64,000 nt of DNA, taken from contig OZ365118.1 of the NCBI GenBank assembly GCA_977030845.1, positions 18,228,001-18,292,000 of the forward strand, given 5' to 3'. A program made the translations under genes and the position numbers. This document shows, piece after piece, positions 35,248 to 49,250 of this stretch (position 1 is the stretch's first letter; the number at the start of each line of letters is the position of its first letter). Origin of the DNA: Fimbriosthenelais zetlandica. Taxonomy: Eukaryota. The notes under the pieces were generated by a model that saw nothing but the letters and a program-made list of their open reading frames with translations, had not been told where the DNA came from and did not search any database.

Positions 35248-38122
35248 CTGGCCTCTTCCCTCACACCTCTTAACCTCGCTTCCTAATAGGCCAGCTCTCC
35301 ATTACTGGCAATCTAGGCCTCGTAAAGTCCACTACAGCGGGCGTCTAGACCCATGCTGGCTTGTTAACGGGTACTTGTATAGATGGTGGGAAGCTGGTGG
35401 GGGACAGGGCCGGGTGGTGGTGGTATATATATGACCCAGTCACTACCCTCCCATCATCACCAACCATGGCGCTATCTAACGGTATTTACCTACCCCAATC
35501 ACCCAGAATTCACCTTTATTCTCATTATTATATATTAAGATTCTTCATTGAAGAATTCTGATAGAAATCATTGATTGCTACAAGTATCTGTTGGACTTTA
35601 TATAGAGAGATGGAGGTGGGGAGGAGAAGACTGGCATGCTAGCCAACAATGCTTAATGACCTTCTAAATCAAGAGCCCTTTTATACAAGGAGGGCAATAT
35701 GGACCTATTGAGCAGTCTGTGCACACCCTGCGCCCTACCATACACCCAGCCTAATGGGGCTCGTTTAAGCTCCTTGTCTGATGCTCTATAAGTTAGCATG
35801 ATCCCGTACCCCCCTCATACCCGGGGACCGTCTCACAGACAATCTCTCCAGGTACAATCAACATATTCTACAGCTTGTATTGTTGATTAATATTCACTGA
35901 GACCTGCCCCCGTCTTGAGGAGGAAGACAGTTCCTCCTCTTACATGTTGTCAGGTTGTTGAGGGAGGGCTGGAGAGTGAGACATGTAGAGGGGCTTGTAT
36001 CAGGATGTCACATTTGGCACCTAGTACCAGTCACATCTCTGGTGCATTCCTTTTAATTCCTGTACCCTTCATCCTGCCCCTGCCTCTGCTGTAATTCCGT
36101 TATCATATTACTAATTACCACTGAGCCAGTCAGATCAGAAAAATTCCGTCTGAAGGTTAAATATTTACAGTAAAGATTGTGAGGGAGATCCGTGGCAACT
36201 GCAGCAGTGAGCGATACAACTCTTTACCATAGGTTAATTTACTTAATTACCCCAGGCCCCTCGTAGGTAAGATATGGGAGTTGAGACTTTGCTGCTAATT
36301 GTCATATTTTCCAGGCGGCATGTCTTCAGACAGACGGGTTGTCCATCATTTAGCTGTATTTTGTCTTGGATGACAACCCTCCATGGAGGATTCCGATATT
36401 TCTTCATCACCGCCTGCTCAACCTATTCCACGCCTCCCAAATGTTTCCTGAGGGATATCTTTTTCTTCATTTCCTATATGGCCACACATAACATTTCCTT
36501 CACTTGAAAAGTGTTCCGGGCCTCACTTTCTCTGCCCTTATCTCCTCCATCTTCCCCCTGCCCCTCCCCCTGGCCCCCTCCTCCCCCTCCCCCTGCCCCC
36601 CTCCTCCCCCTATGCCATCCTCTATGGAACATATTGATGCTGTATGTATACTGATATCAATTGCCCTCTTCCTGTTCCCATCAGTTTTACCGGCTGTAAG
36701 GATTATGTATATTCACTAAAGCTTTCTATCATACCTAAAGCAGCGAACAACGTGCTGCAATGATAAAATGGAAAATGAGACTTCTGTCCTGAAAGCTTTG
36801 AAAAGCTCAAGTAAATGCTCATTTTGTGCTACATTCATATTAAGAATAATAAAGGCATGTATGTCTTATTTATGGGATGTCAGAACTTATTTTTATCCAA
36901 GACCTGATAAGATCATCCCACCTATATGTTATAAAGAGCACATTCCTCTCTCCACGTTCCACATTCCTTCATCAATGCCCCATCAATTTCCCTTTTTTCT
37001 TCAATTCACCAAATGAAGACAAGTTAACCGCGGGAGAATTGCAATCTCGGGATCTATTTTCGCGCAATGCGCTCCTCCTTATAGGAATCAACCTCACTGA
37101 CACCTCTCCCCGCCAGGAGCTGCTCACCATTTCCCGTGACAGTCCGCTGTCCCATCGGTGAGCAATTGAGTGCATCTGCTCCACGGTAATCACCTCTAGC
37201 GGGACTAACCTGGTGTGAGTAGCTCTCAGTACAGACTGACTGGCACATATAGGAGGGCCTCCAGCCATGATGATGTATCATGGGACGCCGCGACAACAAT
37301 ACTGTCAACTTTACCTGATTGACAGCGGGGAATAGATGGGCTGTCAGAGGGAGGGGCTGTCAGGGGGAGGGGTTGGGATGTGGTATTGATATGTTAGCTT
37401 GCGAAGCGAGGCTATCTTAGGCAATGGTGGTTCGGGGGGCTTAGTTTTATGCTAATGCCTTGATAGAAAACTTGGCAGATTGCACTACATACATGTATAT
37501 AAGGTCTAGTGTATCCCCCAAAACAACCAGAAACAAAGCATAAAAGCATGTCATTGTGTGTGCCCACCCCCGGACCCCCCGCCCCCCCACCAGTCTCCTT
37601 GTTCAGGATGGTAATAATGGTTGATGGATGTCACAATGTGTCCAGCCAGTCATGTCTGGTGGAGGAGTGGTGGGGGTATACACGTCTGTCAGCTTGTGAT
37701 GAGTAGATCCCGGCAATATGTGATAAATTACAGCCTAATACGGCCCACCAGCCGCCATCATGTCGTAATGCACCCAGGACGTTTACCTCAGTCTCCGGGT
37801 TGTTTCCTTAAACACCTGACTAATGGTTGTACGTGAAAGCCTCCAAATACGACCAGAATTCTGAGTAATAAAGAACCAATGGCACCACAGATGGTTCAAC
37901 AAGGCACTTTATAGTATAGATATATACTAGCCAGCTCATAGACTGGCTCTGTCAATGATACTTGATGAAGCCAACCATTGATGGCTTCACTTCTCAATGT
38001 GCATGAACTTAGCAAACTGCTGATGTACATGCCACATCTGATGAAAGTTAGTTCACTTAGCATCGAGAGAAATACTCCCTACTTATCACTCACATATACT
38101 CACCTGAATACTTGTTCCATAT

Positions 38123-38154
38123 TTTTGCCGCAGTAGTGCCGCAGCAGTGGAGTA
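38123..38154. mobile_element. Single end of the CTCCACTGCTGCG MITE family
   Basis: GCCGCAGTAGTGCCGCAGCAGTGGAG|TA matches the TIR and subterminal motif of the element at 57654-57826. Confidence 0.4.
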
Positions 38155-39639
38155 CTGTCATCAGACCGGCTGCTGCACAGGGAAATTGGTTTATATCTGT
38201 GTCCTTGATACTTGGCCATATGTCTAGTCTAACCTTCCAAGATATACGAGACCATCAAATGATAATATTGATAATTTTATCTCTCATAGCTGGTGTCTGA
38301 ATGAAAATTTCTTGCTTAATCCACATAGCACCTTTCTATGCAGATCCGTGCAGGATCATAATTCTGTACATAGATTGATCATAATGGTCTGATTCACCTG
38401 GTACATTACTTTACATTATCCTAATGCATTGGTCTAACCCTCCTGATTGAGACAAGAAGCTGTTCAACCCTGAAGTGCACCCTTTATGTGCCTTAAACCT
38501 GGCTGTGATAAGGGTTATCTGGAGGTAGGGAGGCCTCACTGATGGCAGGTGTTCTCTTAATGTACACAGTACAGTGAAGATAGCAGCAGATGAAAGACGT
38601 CCTATAAAAGGTGGCCTCATGTGAGAACCATAGTGTATTAAATCTCCAGGCTGGACGTTCTTATCTTACCCCACCACCTGGCCATCACACACAGCCAAGT
38701 TCTACTGAACTTCACTCATATATAAACATAGGTTTAATATACAAGTAAAACAAGGCCTAAACGCGTTAAAAGTAGACGCTACCATCAATATTGTCTTGCT
38801 ATTGTTTTGGTACATGTGACCAAAGATTTCATGATAGCCACTACGAAACAAATATTGGGAAATGCCAATATTTCAGGACAGAAATGTTTGTAACAAAGTA
38901 TTTCGCTGTGCCGACAGCTTGTTTTCCACTCATCCTGAAAATAAGACTCTCTAATCAAATATATTCGCCCATCTATTTAACTTTAAATTGAATTAAATTT
39001 AAGATCACTTTGAGATCAGAACCCAGTTGTTTCTCCCTCGTAATACATAGAAGAACCTATTCACTTATCGCCACTATTGCTATAAACAGTCGCCTGGGAA
39101 TATAAGTAATATATATATAGACCAGAGTGAAGAAGGAGCCGGTGTTGTAGGGCCTGGAGGTCTGCTGGTTCTATAGCTTCCTCCACCCGCCTGCTCCAGG
39201 CATCCATCCAGGCCTTCACCACCCAGTCCTACACCACCCGGCTATATATCCATCATATCCTCCATGCCGATTGACTGGAAACCTGTAAATGTCAGCCCAT
39301 ACACAGTCATGATCAGCTTCTACCAATCACCCACCATTCAGCCATTTTTGGTGATCATTTCTACAATCCCTCAATTTTACACAGTTTTTTTAAGACCTGT
39401 TGATGGTGACATTGTGTTTAAAAGTCTGATGAGAATATTCAGGATGATTTGGTGAATGTTGATGCTGCAGGATGGTCAGTAAGGTGAGTTCTGTGAACGA
39501 TTGGTGGGACTGACCCATCACCATATAGCCCACTCCTCACAGCCTTTGATGTGAAACAAGCCACGGGGCTGTGTAAGCTGATATAGACCATTTACAGACC
39601 AATAACTGCTGCTTCTTACTCCAGGCAAGCAATACTTTA

Positions 39640-40056
39640 CTCCACACTCACTACGCTTCCTTTCTCCACATGCTAATTAAGCAGTATCGCGCTAATGATG
39701 TTCCCGAATCTAAATATATAGCCTCGTCTGCCTACATCAAAATGATCAAAATGGGTTGTCTTACTTTGATGGCAATGTCAATGACATTTGCATCTGTAAG
39801 AAACCCAGAGGTTCCACAAGAATCAAGTGTCAAAATGTATGATTTCATGCACTGAAGACGAGCCCCCAAAGGTGTGACACATAGGCGACAAGATGTGACA
39901 CATAGGCGACAAGATGTAACACATAGGCGACACAGTGTTTCTCCAATAATATCGCGAACCATTAATAGTTATAAATTGTGGTTTGTAGTGTCAAAGCTGT
40001 GCTCCACGGATGTGATATTTATTATTCTTGTTGTAAAGGAAATCGCACCAGTGGAG
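39640..40056. mobile_element. Probable larger member of the same TA-flanked MITE family
   Basis: Left end TA|CTCCAC, right end TCGCACCAGTGGAG|TA (1 mismatch to the 57.8-kb TIR). Internal GCGACA-containing 21-bp repeat x3 at 39874-39932. Confidence 0.35.
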
Positions 40057-40381
40057 TATGGGCTTTTAATGAAACCTGAGCTTTCCTCATTGCCTTGTTT
40101 CGTCAACTCTGACAGTGAAACACTAACAGTGCTTAGACCAGGGCTGTAATATTGCTTCACCAAGCACCAAGTAATGTGAAATCTTCATCTACTTTTAAAA
40201 ATATTACATTTCTCTGTTTGTTCTTGAAGCACGATTGTGGAAATCGGACGCAGCGAAATCTGGAGAGAACAAACAAACACAAACACCTCTGAAATGACTA
40301 GCGGTTGCCTAGCGACCGGTTAGTAGAAAACATCCATTTGAAGAGTGGGCTTTTTGCCTTGTTTGCCAGCCTCAATCAAAA

Positions 40382-42490
40382 CAATTTTTTCAGGAATTAA
40401 TGGCATGCGGCAATGCTTATAGGTTGGCTTGTTTTAGAGATATTTTCACCTTTTTATATCAGTATAAATGGCTATATACATTCCTGCCCATCATATTTCC
40501 ATTTCCCACTCAAGGAATCTCATTAAAATTCCAGAAAATCCTAGAATCCTGGAAGGCGACCCTCATATGGGTATAATGTGGATGTAGACAGTAAGCCTGT
40601 GAGAAGCTCTATCTCCATTATAACTCTGTCATATGACTCCCGCACAATCACACTATTCTCTCATGTTTACTGGGGTTGTTTAACTCAGGCTGTATTGATC
40701 CTATGATCCTATGAGGGGACATCATAATCATCATCATCCCCCACCCACCCACACACCCTCCCACCCACAGCTCCCAATAAGCCGCGACCACCCACATACA
40801 CCCCTCACCCACCCACCCACCCACCCACAGCTCCCAATAAGCTGCGACCACCCACATACACCCCCAGCCATCAATATGATACTTGCTACACTTTCATCAA
40901 GTGTTCTTTGATAAAACCAGTCCTCCCCTCAACAATTATACTCACTCTATAGATCTGCCTTTATCAAGTAAAAGATCAAACCCTCCACATACACTGTTGT
41001 TTTAATCCCCCATTAAACCCATTGATCTCACATCTCAAGCTCTCCACACACACCCTCCACTTTGTGGAGAGATCCTCCACAAAAGGAGACATACCTAAAG
41101 AGGCATTGCCTGATTACTTTGTATTTCAGATATCGATAAATATTATCTTTCTTTACCCTGACTGCCATGATACCAAAGAATCCAATGAGAAATCCATATC
41201 ATAATCAGCGCCAAGGTTCATTGGAGATCTAAGTGCTTCCTTCTCACATTGTTTCAATGCCTATTATTGTTGTATAGATCTAAGAGCTTTGGCTTCAAAT
41301 CTTTTATTAGCATTTGGTGGTATGTTAAGGGTCGTTCAATGATCTAGGAATATGTACAGTGCACTGAACCTATATTAAAAACCAGGAACTCGTTCAGATG
41401 TCTCCCGCTGAAAGTGACACTGATACATCTTATATTAAGTTAAATCTTTGAAACAACCGGGATTACTTGGCCAATTTTTTCAAGAATTAATGGCATGCGG
41501 CAATGCCTATAGGTTGGCTTGTTTTAGAGATATTTTCACCTTTTTATATCAGTATAAATGGCTATATACATTCCTGCCCATCATATTTCCATTTCCCACT
41601 CAAGGCATCTCATTAAAATTCCAGAAAATCCTAGAATCCTGGAAGGCGACCATGATATGGGTATAATGTGGATGTAGACAGTAAGCCTGTGAGAAGCACC
41701 ATCTCCATTATAACTCTGTCATATGACTCCTGGACAATCACACTATTCTCTCATGTTTACTGGGGTTGTTTAACTCAGGCTGTATTGATCCCATGATCCT
41801 ATGAGGGGACATCATAATCATCATCATACCCCCACCCACCCACCCACCCACCCACAGCTCCCAATAAGCCGCGACCACCCACATACACCCCACTCATCAA
41901 TATGATACTTGCTACACTTTCATCAAGTGTTCTTTGATAAAACCAGTCCTCCCCTCAACAATTATACTCACTCTATAGATCTGCCTTTATCAAGTAAAAG
42001 ATCAAACCCTCCACATACACTGTTGTTTTAATCCCACATTAAACCCATTGATCTCACATCTCAAGCTCTCCATACTCACCCTTCACTTTGTGGAGGGATC
42101 CTCCACAAAAGGAGACATACCTAAAGAGGCATTGCCTGATTACTTTGTTTCAGATATCGATAAATATTATCTTTCTTTACCCTGACTGCCATGATACCAA
42201 AGAATCCAATGAGGAATCCATATCATAATCAGCGCCAAGGTTCATTGGAGATCTGAGTGCTTCCTTCTCACATTGTTTCAATGCCTATTATTGTTGTATA
42301 GATCTAAGAGCTTTGGCTTCAAATCTTTTATTAGCATTTGGTGGTATGTTAAGGTTCGTTCAATGATCTAGGAATATGTGCAGTGCACTGAACCCATATT
42401 AAAAACCAGGAACTAGTTCAGTGGTCTCCCGCTGAAAGTGACACTGATACATCTTATATTAAGTTAAGTCTTTGAACATAATAAAACAAC
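40382..42490 (+). repeat. Tandem segmental duplication, units approx. 40382-41471 (1090 bp) and approx. 41472-42490
   Basis: Long collinear identity with scattered substitutions. Copy 1 has two and copy 2 one CCCACCCACAGCTCCCAATAAGC...CATACACCCC subunit. Confidence 0.95.
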
Positions 42491-44375
42491 CGTATATCAT
42501 AATTTAATGCTATTTAAGACACTTTGAAAGGTGATCTTAACTTGTCATCTGAGACAACTCCCCTCATCCTAATCCTCTCTACCTGACTCAGCCATATATG
42601 AGCAAGAAGAGAAGTCTTCTTTTATTGAAAACTTTTACATCAATAAAGCATTGACAAGAAGCACCGCCAGCTTGATTGATCCTCATACACATTAATCTAA
42701 ATAGGATCCTATTGTTACTTCTGCTCTAATGTCTATTTACCCCTTCCAAACAACTTTAATTGATTTCTTTTGTCAGTTATACGCCATATTATATGGCAAA
42801 CCACCTCATGTAATTGTATAGGAATGCATACATATAGTGATGTGAGCCGGTAACGAGCCTGGCTTCTTACCTACCACCAGGCCTCTATGTAAACCTACAT
42901 TTCCCTGCGGCTAACATCTAAAGGAATGTAATCGATGTTGAGTTAAAGCTTGCACACCCCCGTGGTGCCAGCAGTCTCCTCCTCCCATCACTTTAATCTA
43001 TATTCTCACTCCCATCTAATACACTCAACTATCAATCGACATTTCAATTTGCATCATGGTTTGGCACCGTTTAGCTGGCGTGTCCAGGGTCGCCTGGCAT
43101 CAGCTGGTATGTATGTAAATGCCTGTAGGTCTATATCATATTTGGTCTTCTATCAATGCCAAGGTATACATACGTATTTTCATTTTATTCCTACCAAAGT
43201 TGGTCTATGCGGTGCCAGGCCCAGGCCTTTCAGAGTTTTGAATCTTAAATATATTTTGGGGGTCACAATGATGCACTAGCTTTTCACAGGCCAAAATCCA
43301 AATTCCTGGATGCGCATCTGTACTAATCCACATGGACCAATAAACCGGTTAATCCGTTAACTCACGGAGGGCATACCAAATCTTCTGCCTCCGAATTCCA
43401 TCAAAGTTACTTTAATATCATTGCCATAAGTAAGTAAAGTTCCCCTTTCATGTCGGAAGTTCCCCCTCTTTCACAGCCACCTGAATTTGGCTGCCATTCT
43501 GGCTCCTCCCCGACTTTGCCTTTGACTATGCAGCAATTTGTTAAACCATGAAATGGTTCGATACCTTGCCTCCACCCCACACACCTACAGCAGCCAGCAC
43601 ACCTTACACCTCCCAACTCCCACTCCTCTTTAATGTGCTTTAGCCACCTGACCCTCCCAGCAAAACACCATATCAGATTAACACATACACCCCTCCAGGC
43701 TCAGTGCAAAAAGGTCGCCCAGTCAAGTGAGAAAGCCTCAATTTCCGTTTGTAAATTCCAGTTTGGTCGAGGTGAGGAAATTGAGGTTTGCCGACTGAAA
43801 CCGCGTCGCTGAGACAGTCTTTGATCAGTCGTATTTTGAGGCTAAACGCGCTGAACTCCTTATCTGTTTTCTGGTTTGGTCCTACTTGGAATTCCTGAGA
43901 GATTCCAATGGAATTTCAGGGAAAATACAATAGGTGAACTAAACTTAAAGTTTCTCATGACTTTCTGTTGGTATTTTATTTGTAAAAGTTTATTTCCCAT
44001 TATTCAAACTATGACCTCTGCTACCGATACATTGTCAGTTCACCACTGAGGAGTCCACTCTTCACACTGGAGGTGTCATTCTGTGTTTGAGAACAAATAA
44101 CCAGCAGACATTTCTTCATGAATCTGCTGTGACATGACCACTCAAAATGATCTGTACAAACAGAAAGTTCCTTTCATTCCTGATAATAGAAATTAAAGCT
44201 TTAAAACATGCTGGCCGACTGGGATTACTTGGCCATTGGCGGTTAGCCCAGTGTTAAGCGCATCTCATGGGTCTGAGTGGTGTCTGTGAAATATTCAGAC
44301 TGGACATTCTGAGTGGTCTGTAAAAACACTTCAAACAAAGGCAAGTTTGCAGGCAGACCAGTAGTCTAATTGGTA

Positions 44376-44440
44376 CTCCCACCTCTCCCCTCCCTCCTCC
44401 CACCTCTCCCCTCCCTCCTCCCACCTCTCCCCTCCCTCCT
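44376..44440 (+). repeat. 21-bp C-rich tandem repeat x3
   Basis: Unit CTCCCACCTCTCCCCTCCCTC. Confidence 0.9.
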
Positions 44441-46805
44441 CACGCCAGCCCAATAGGCACCTTTGTTGAAATGATCAATTATTGAAGGCCTACAGACGGT
44501 CCATTCATGATCACCTGAGACTGCCGAGAAAAAAGTAGCTTGAGGGTGGCTACACGAGAGGTGACTAACCGACCTAAGTCACATTGTGGAGCCATTATCG
44601 GCAAAGACAGTTAGTAATCTCTGTTTTTCTTTATGTACGTAAAACTTCTGGAAGAAGATCCAGTTTTAATATGAAAAATAATAAATTGAATATTTCTAAA
44701 TTCAGCCCTGTCATAGGAAGTGATGTAGAACTTATTATATAAACAATAAACGTATATTGAACTGTGAAAGTGTGGATGCCCTAACCCCGCCCCCCCCCCC
44801 GCCCCCCATGGATTCAGCCCTCTGAATTCACCTCTATCATGCCCACTATATAGGGACGTCTCCAGGGTGCCTGAGTCAAACATTGGTTTTAATATTTGAT
44901 TGTTTAACTTGAGATTAAAGCTCTCCATCACGGCTGACAGTTGATGGTAATCCTTGGCCCGCTTCATTCATCACTTTACTACACCCTCACCCCTCACTCC
45001 ATCATAGCCTCGTTATTACAAGCCTCTATCAATATCTAAATACATGTTTTAATTCACCAGAACATGTAACTCTCCTGAGGCTACATCCTATAATCAATTC
45101 TTAAAGGATGCAGACATTGCATTATTGAAGAATGAAACACTAAAGTATTCACGTTCAAAACTATTTTCCATATTAATTCAGACCATATAAAAACGTAATC
45201 ACTGGACATTTCTATAATTAAGTTCATTTGTATCTAGTTTTGGGCACTTTTTTACATCCAAAATGGCCAATTATTTCTGGCCTGTATTAAGATTCTATCT
45301 GCCTCCATCCATTTCCACTCATTGCCGAGTAAGTGAGGGCAGTATTTCCCCATCTTGATACATGACCCCTCCACTATTATCTAGTAATTGGTATTTTTAT
45401 TTAATCCATTTCCATCCATCTACTGACTGGTATATGAGGTTTTCACTGGCCCACCACAATCAGTCTAGAGTATAGACCAGTAGATGTAGACCGTACCTAT
45501 AGCTGTTCCCACTATACGGCTGTAAGGTGATTGCTATTGTTTCTCTGGGGCTTCTTCTAATTGATCTCTTTCTATTGGTTGGCAATGTCTGGCCTGAAAA
45601 ATAGCAATGCGCTGTAAAGTTATGGTCATTTGTAAACCTGGTCATTTTTGTCAAAAATCCGGCAGAAGCGCAAGGTGAATCACCTTCCTGTGGATGAAAA
45701 AGTCAACTTCCGATAGCAATTCATCAGCTATTGCGGGTTGACAACAGTGTGTTGTTGCAACTCAACGATTAGGAAAAAGACTGTCGTCGATGTCAATATC
45801 GATGTCAATAATTATGTTGGTGCAATATGTAAGATTTTTCATTGTTCAGCTAGCATTTATGTCACATATCCACTGAGATAGCGATCCTCATGATCAACTT
45901 TAATATCGTTAAACTTGTCAAAAACTTGACCCGTCTCCCCCTCCCACAGACTCGATAAAAAGCCGGTGAATATTGAGGTGGAGGATATAATCCTGATGAA
46001 GAACACACGGCAAACTTTCATGACAAATCTCCATTCATCTCCCTCCATTAAGTCTTCTTCTATTCTCCCTTTTCCTTTTCCTCTTTTTCTTTGCTCCGCG
46101 CGGGGACTTTTTCCCCCTCCCCCACACCACCCTTACTGTAACGTCTCGCCCCGACTTCTCTTTCTAAATCAATTCCTTTGTGTTGATCTCTGGAAAAAAA
46201 GGTCTTAAGGAAGGAATCTCTTCAGCTTTGGTGATCCATTCACCAATCTTCCTGCCATCCCCGCCCGTCTCCCATCGTAACCATGGATATCTACTAATCA
46301 ATATGTCATTATTCTCTATGTAAGCTAAAGATCCAATCTTCACATGTATATATATAATCTCATATTTCTCATAGTCATCTACGTCTTGTACAGACTGTTT
46401 TTATTAAATGTTTTTAGAGGATGTAGATATAGGTGAACAGTTGCTGGGTTGAAGTTTAGTCAACATTTACTATAGATGTTACGGTATGAAATATAAGGTC
46501 GTAGCCCTGTTATAAACGTGCCTCATCCACGTACCGAGTAAGCATGGAATGGTAAAATAAATCCTCCACAAGGCCATAGAGCGGGCAAAAAGTGAAGCTA
46601 TTTCTCATTGCCATGTCATGGTTCAGATGTAAGAGGGCTTTCAAAGGAAGCGGGAAATGGCCTCATCCGCCCGTCTTCTCCCCTGTTTTTACCATGGATC
46701 ACATGACAGAGTTCACATTTGACAAAATGCTGCCTTTCCTCTTCTGGAATTTTTACATGAGTGGCTTTTTAACATGTGACCAGGAAATTACCGCTGGTTG
46801 AGAGT

Positions 46806-46844
46806 GGTGGGGGGGGGGGGGGGGAGGGGGAGGGGGGGGGGGGG
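46806..46844 (+). other. Long G-tract (G16-A-G5-A-G13), G-quadruplex-capable
   Basis: Read directly from the sequence. Confidence 0.8.
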
Positions 46845-47349
46845 CGCATGGTGATTATGGAAACTTGAATTCACGAAGCGTGCCGTCTGGAGCTCGTAAT
46901 GCTGTTGTAAGATAAATTAAAAGTCTCTCAGCCGTCAGACAGTGATCGGGAAGGACAGGTGTCTGTCCCTATACCCGTCAAGCCTCATCCACCAGACAAT
47001 CCATCGAGCAGAAAAATGTGACAGAAAAACTATTGGAAAACAGTCGAGTGTCTGTATCTCATAGGGAAGCCCTTCCAGGAGGGCTTTATGGCCCTTTTCT
47101 GAAAGGCCCTTCTCCTCCAGTGACTGTTGGCTTGATGTATTGATCGGAACAATTTCACTCCGCTCAGGCTATTTCATTTATGTCCGTTTGATGCTGTTGG
47201 CTTCAAAGCTCGGGCCGGGAAGGATGGCTGACAGTAGTGTGGGCAAATAAAAGGCCATCAACCTTTATGTTAAAGAGATGTGTTCCCATAGTCAGCCCGT
47301 CAAAACACTGCCCCGTGGTTAACCATGCTAACTGGCATCTGAGAGACAA

Positions 47350-47430
47350 GCCATGTCTCCTATTGTCTGTGGTGAGAGGCATGTAAAAGGCCAGCCATGT
47401 CTCCTATTGTCTGTGGTGAGAGGCATGTAT
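47350..47430 (+). repeat. Direct duplication of GCCATGTCTCCTATTGTCTGTGGTGAGAGGCATGTA
   Basis: Two identical 36-bp copies separated by a short spacer. Confidence 0.85.
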
Positions 47431-47785
47431 TTCCTCCTGGAAATTGATGGCTGGGTGGGCTTTAACTAATATTCCATGCTGGTCGAGTTAAACCCCACAT
47501 TCACTGCAAAGGAAGGCGATAAAATAAGTTTAAGAAATGTTTTAAAAAGTGCCAGTACTTTGAGTATTGTCATGTTGTGACCTACCTTGCATGTTCTGCC
47601 TCCACCACCCTGTCCTGGGCTGACAGTTCAGTCCATGTTCCCGTCCCGCGCCATGCTCGCTCAAGGTTCAAGTGCCACCTCATGTTGCTTTCATTTTACA
47701 GTCTGGAGTCTGAACTCCCGAGAAAACCAACAAATCAAATTTGACATGCCTTGGTTCAGTGAGGCGGAAGCCATTGTCTAATTCT

Positions 47786-47863
47786 TGTTGGCAGGGCATG
47801 GCTGATGGTTGTTGGCAGGGCATGGCTGATGGTTGTTGGCAGGACATAGCTGATGGTTGTTGG
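47786..47863 (+). repeat. 24-bp tandem repeat x3
   Basis: Unit TTGTTGGCAGGGCATGGCTGATGG. Confidence 0.88.
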
Positions 47864-48099
47864 GGCGATTTCTCCAGCTTCTATTAATGACTGTGGGAGT
47901 TGTGATTAATGACTGAGTTTCTTCAGCGTATATGCATTCATATTGCTTTTAGAGAGACATATTTTTAGATTCCTCTAAAGAATTTTTGTTCAAAACTCAG
48001 CAAGGCGTTAAATTCAGGTGCAAACTATATCTCAAAATAGCTGCACAAAACGTCAGCTAATATAGGCATCACTCTTTAATAAAATGAGCTCCAAAAGGA

Positions 48100-49250
48100 T
48101 CATTCTTTCACCTAAAAAACTTCTTCCTCACCTGTTGTTGGGCTACGATCAAAAACGGGAGAAGAAAGCTTAGAATGCTGGCGGCTTATTGTGAATGTAG
48201 CAGGCTCATAGCGTCAATAGTATTGGTCTAACTAGCTCTCTATCTGTATTTCTAGACATTTTTCTGATCTTTTGCTTTGCCTTTCGTCACTCTGTCTTGC
48301 GAGGTATACCTTTAGAATGGTATCTATTGATTCTTGTTGCTTATACTCCGGCATTGTCTGTATTGAACTACACTACTCCTTATCTAGAGATGTTTATATA
48401 TAATAAGAAAGAATCTTAGAAATTCTGTTGAACATTTATAGACTAAAGGAAAAATGGAAGAGATATTGAAACCAGTTTATGTGATATGTCTTTATTGATT
48501 TATTAATTTAAATGAATTATAATGAAGATCATAACAGATGTGAGATTGGTAATGAAGGAAGTAATGATATTTTAATGGCAGATAAACTTTTAAGTATTTT
48601 ATACAAATTTCTCCGCTGCTGGACTCCATATATGTGATTGCATTGGCAGAATAATGCATTGAATAATTCAAGATGGGAATATAAACGCTGAATGTGCTAT
48701 TTGACATTTGCATAATCAATTATAGGCGATCTCTCTAACAAGTGATATCTTCTAAAATTGAATTGAAATCATTTGCAATGCATTTATAAATGCATTGGAC
48801 GACATCATTGGCGCAAATTCCAGCTATGCATAATTATAGAGTTAAGATATAAAATATACAAGATAGCGAAGACATGCGTCATTAAAATGTTCTCAATAGC
48901 ATTGATTGGATGACAAAGTTGGTATTACAATGACTTCTTATAGTGCTATGTGTCTAGGTGCAGATCTTAGCAAACCAATTTTGTTATCAAGTTTCACAAT
49001 TTGTTTCCTCAAATTCGATATATTTTCACAGAAATAGTCAATACATAATAGGTTCTGTTAATTTCAACAGTGAGCTTTCCTTCTGTATACAGAGATAGTG
49101 ACGAGTGCTGGGTTGTTTACATCATTCAGTACATCATTCAGTGCTGTCTTAGAAAAGTGGACGATACATAAACATCAAAATTCTCAGATTCTGATAGTTC
49201 TGCTGTGTTGAGCGAGTTAGGTCCCAATGTTATAATCTCTGTATTCTGTA
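48100..49250 (-). mobile_element. Possible decayed LINE endonuclease/linker relic (CR1/L2-like)
   Basis: Minus-strand fragments in order: LDNKIGLLR (approx. 48990), DFNSILED (48770-48747; cf. GDFN), WFN (approx. 48470), RKAKQKIRK (approx. 48280). Heavily interrupted. Confidence 0.33.

Noticed and set aside
38104-38172. 69-nt minus-strand exon with strong acceptor and GTGAGT donor
   Set aside because: About half of it is a MITE end and no partner exons were identified; not supported as a gene exon.
43733-43789. 14-bp stem with 29-nt loop
   Set aside because: Too short and unpaired internally for a pre-miRNA call; could be a TE remnant or chance.
45660-45770. Cluster of short palindromes (AAGGTGAATCACCTT etc.)
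   Set aside because: No recognisable ncRNA motif and short stems; insufficient evidence.
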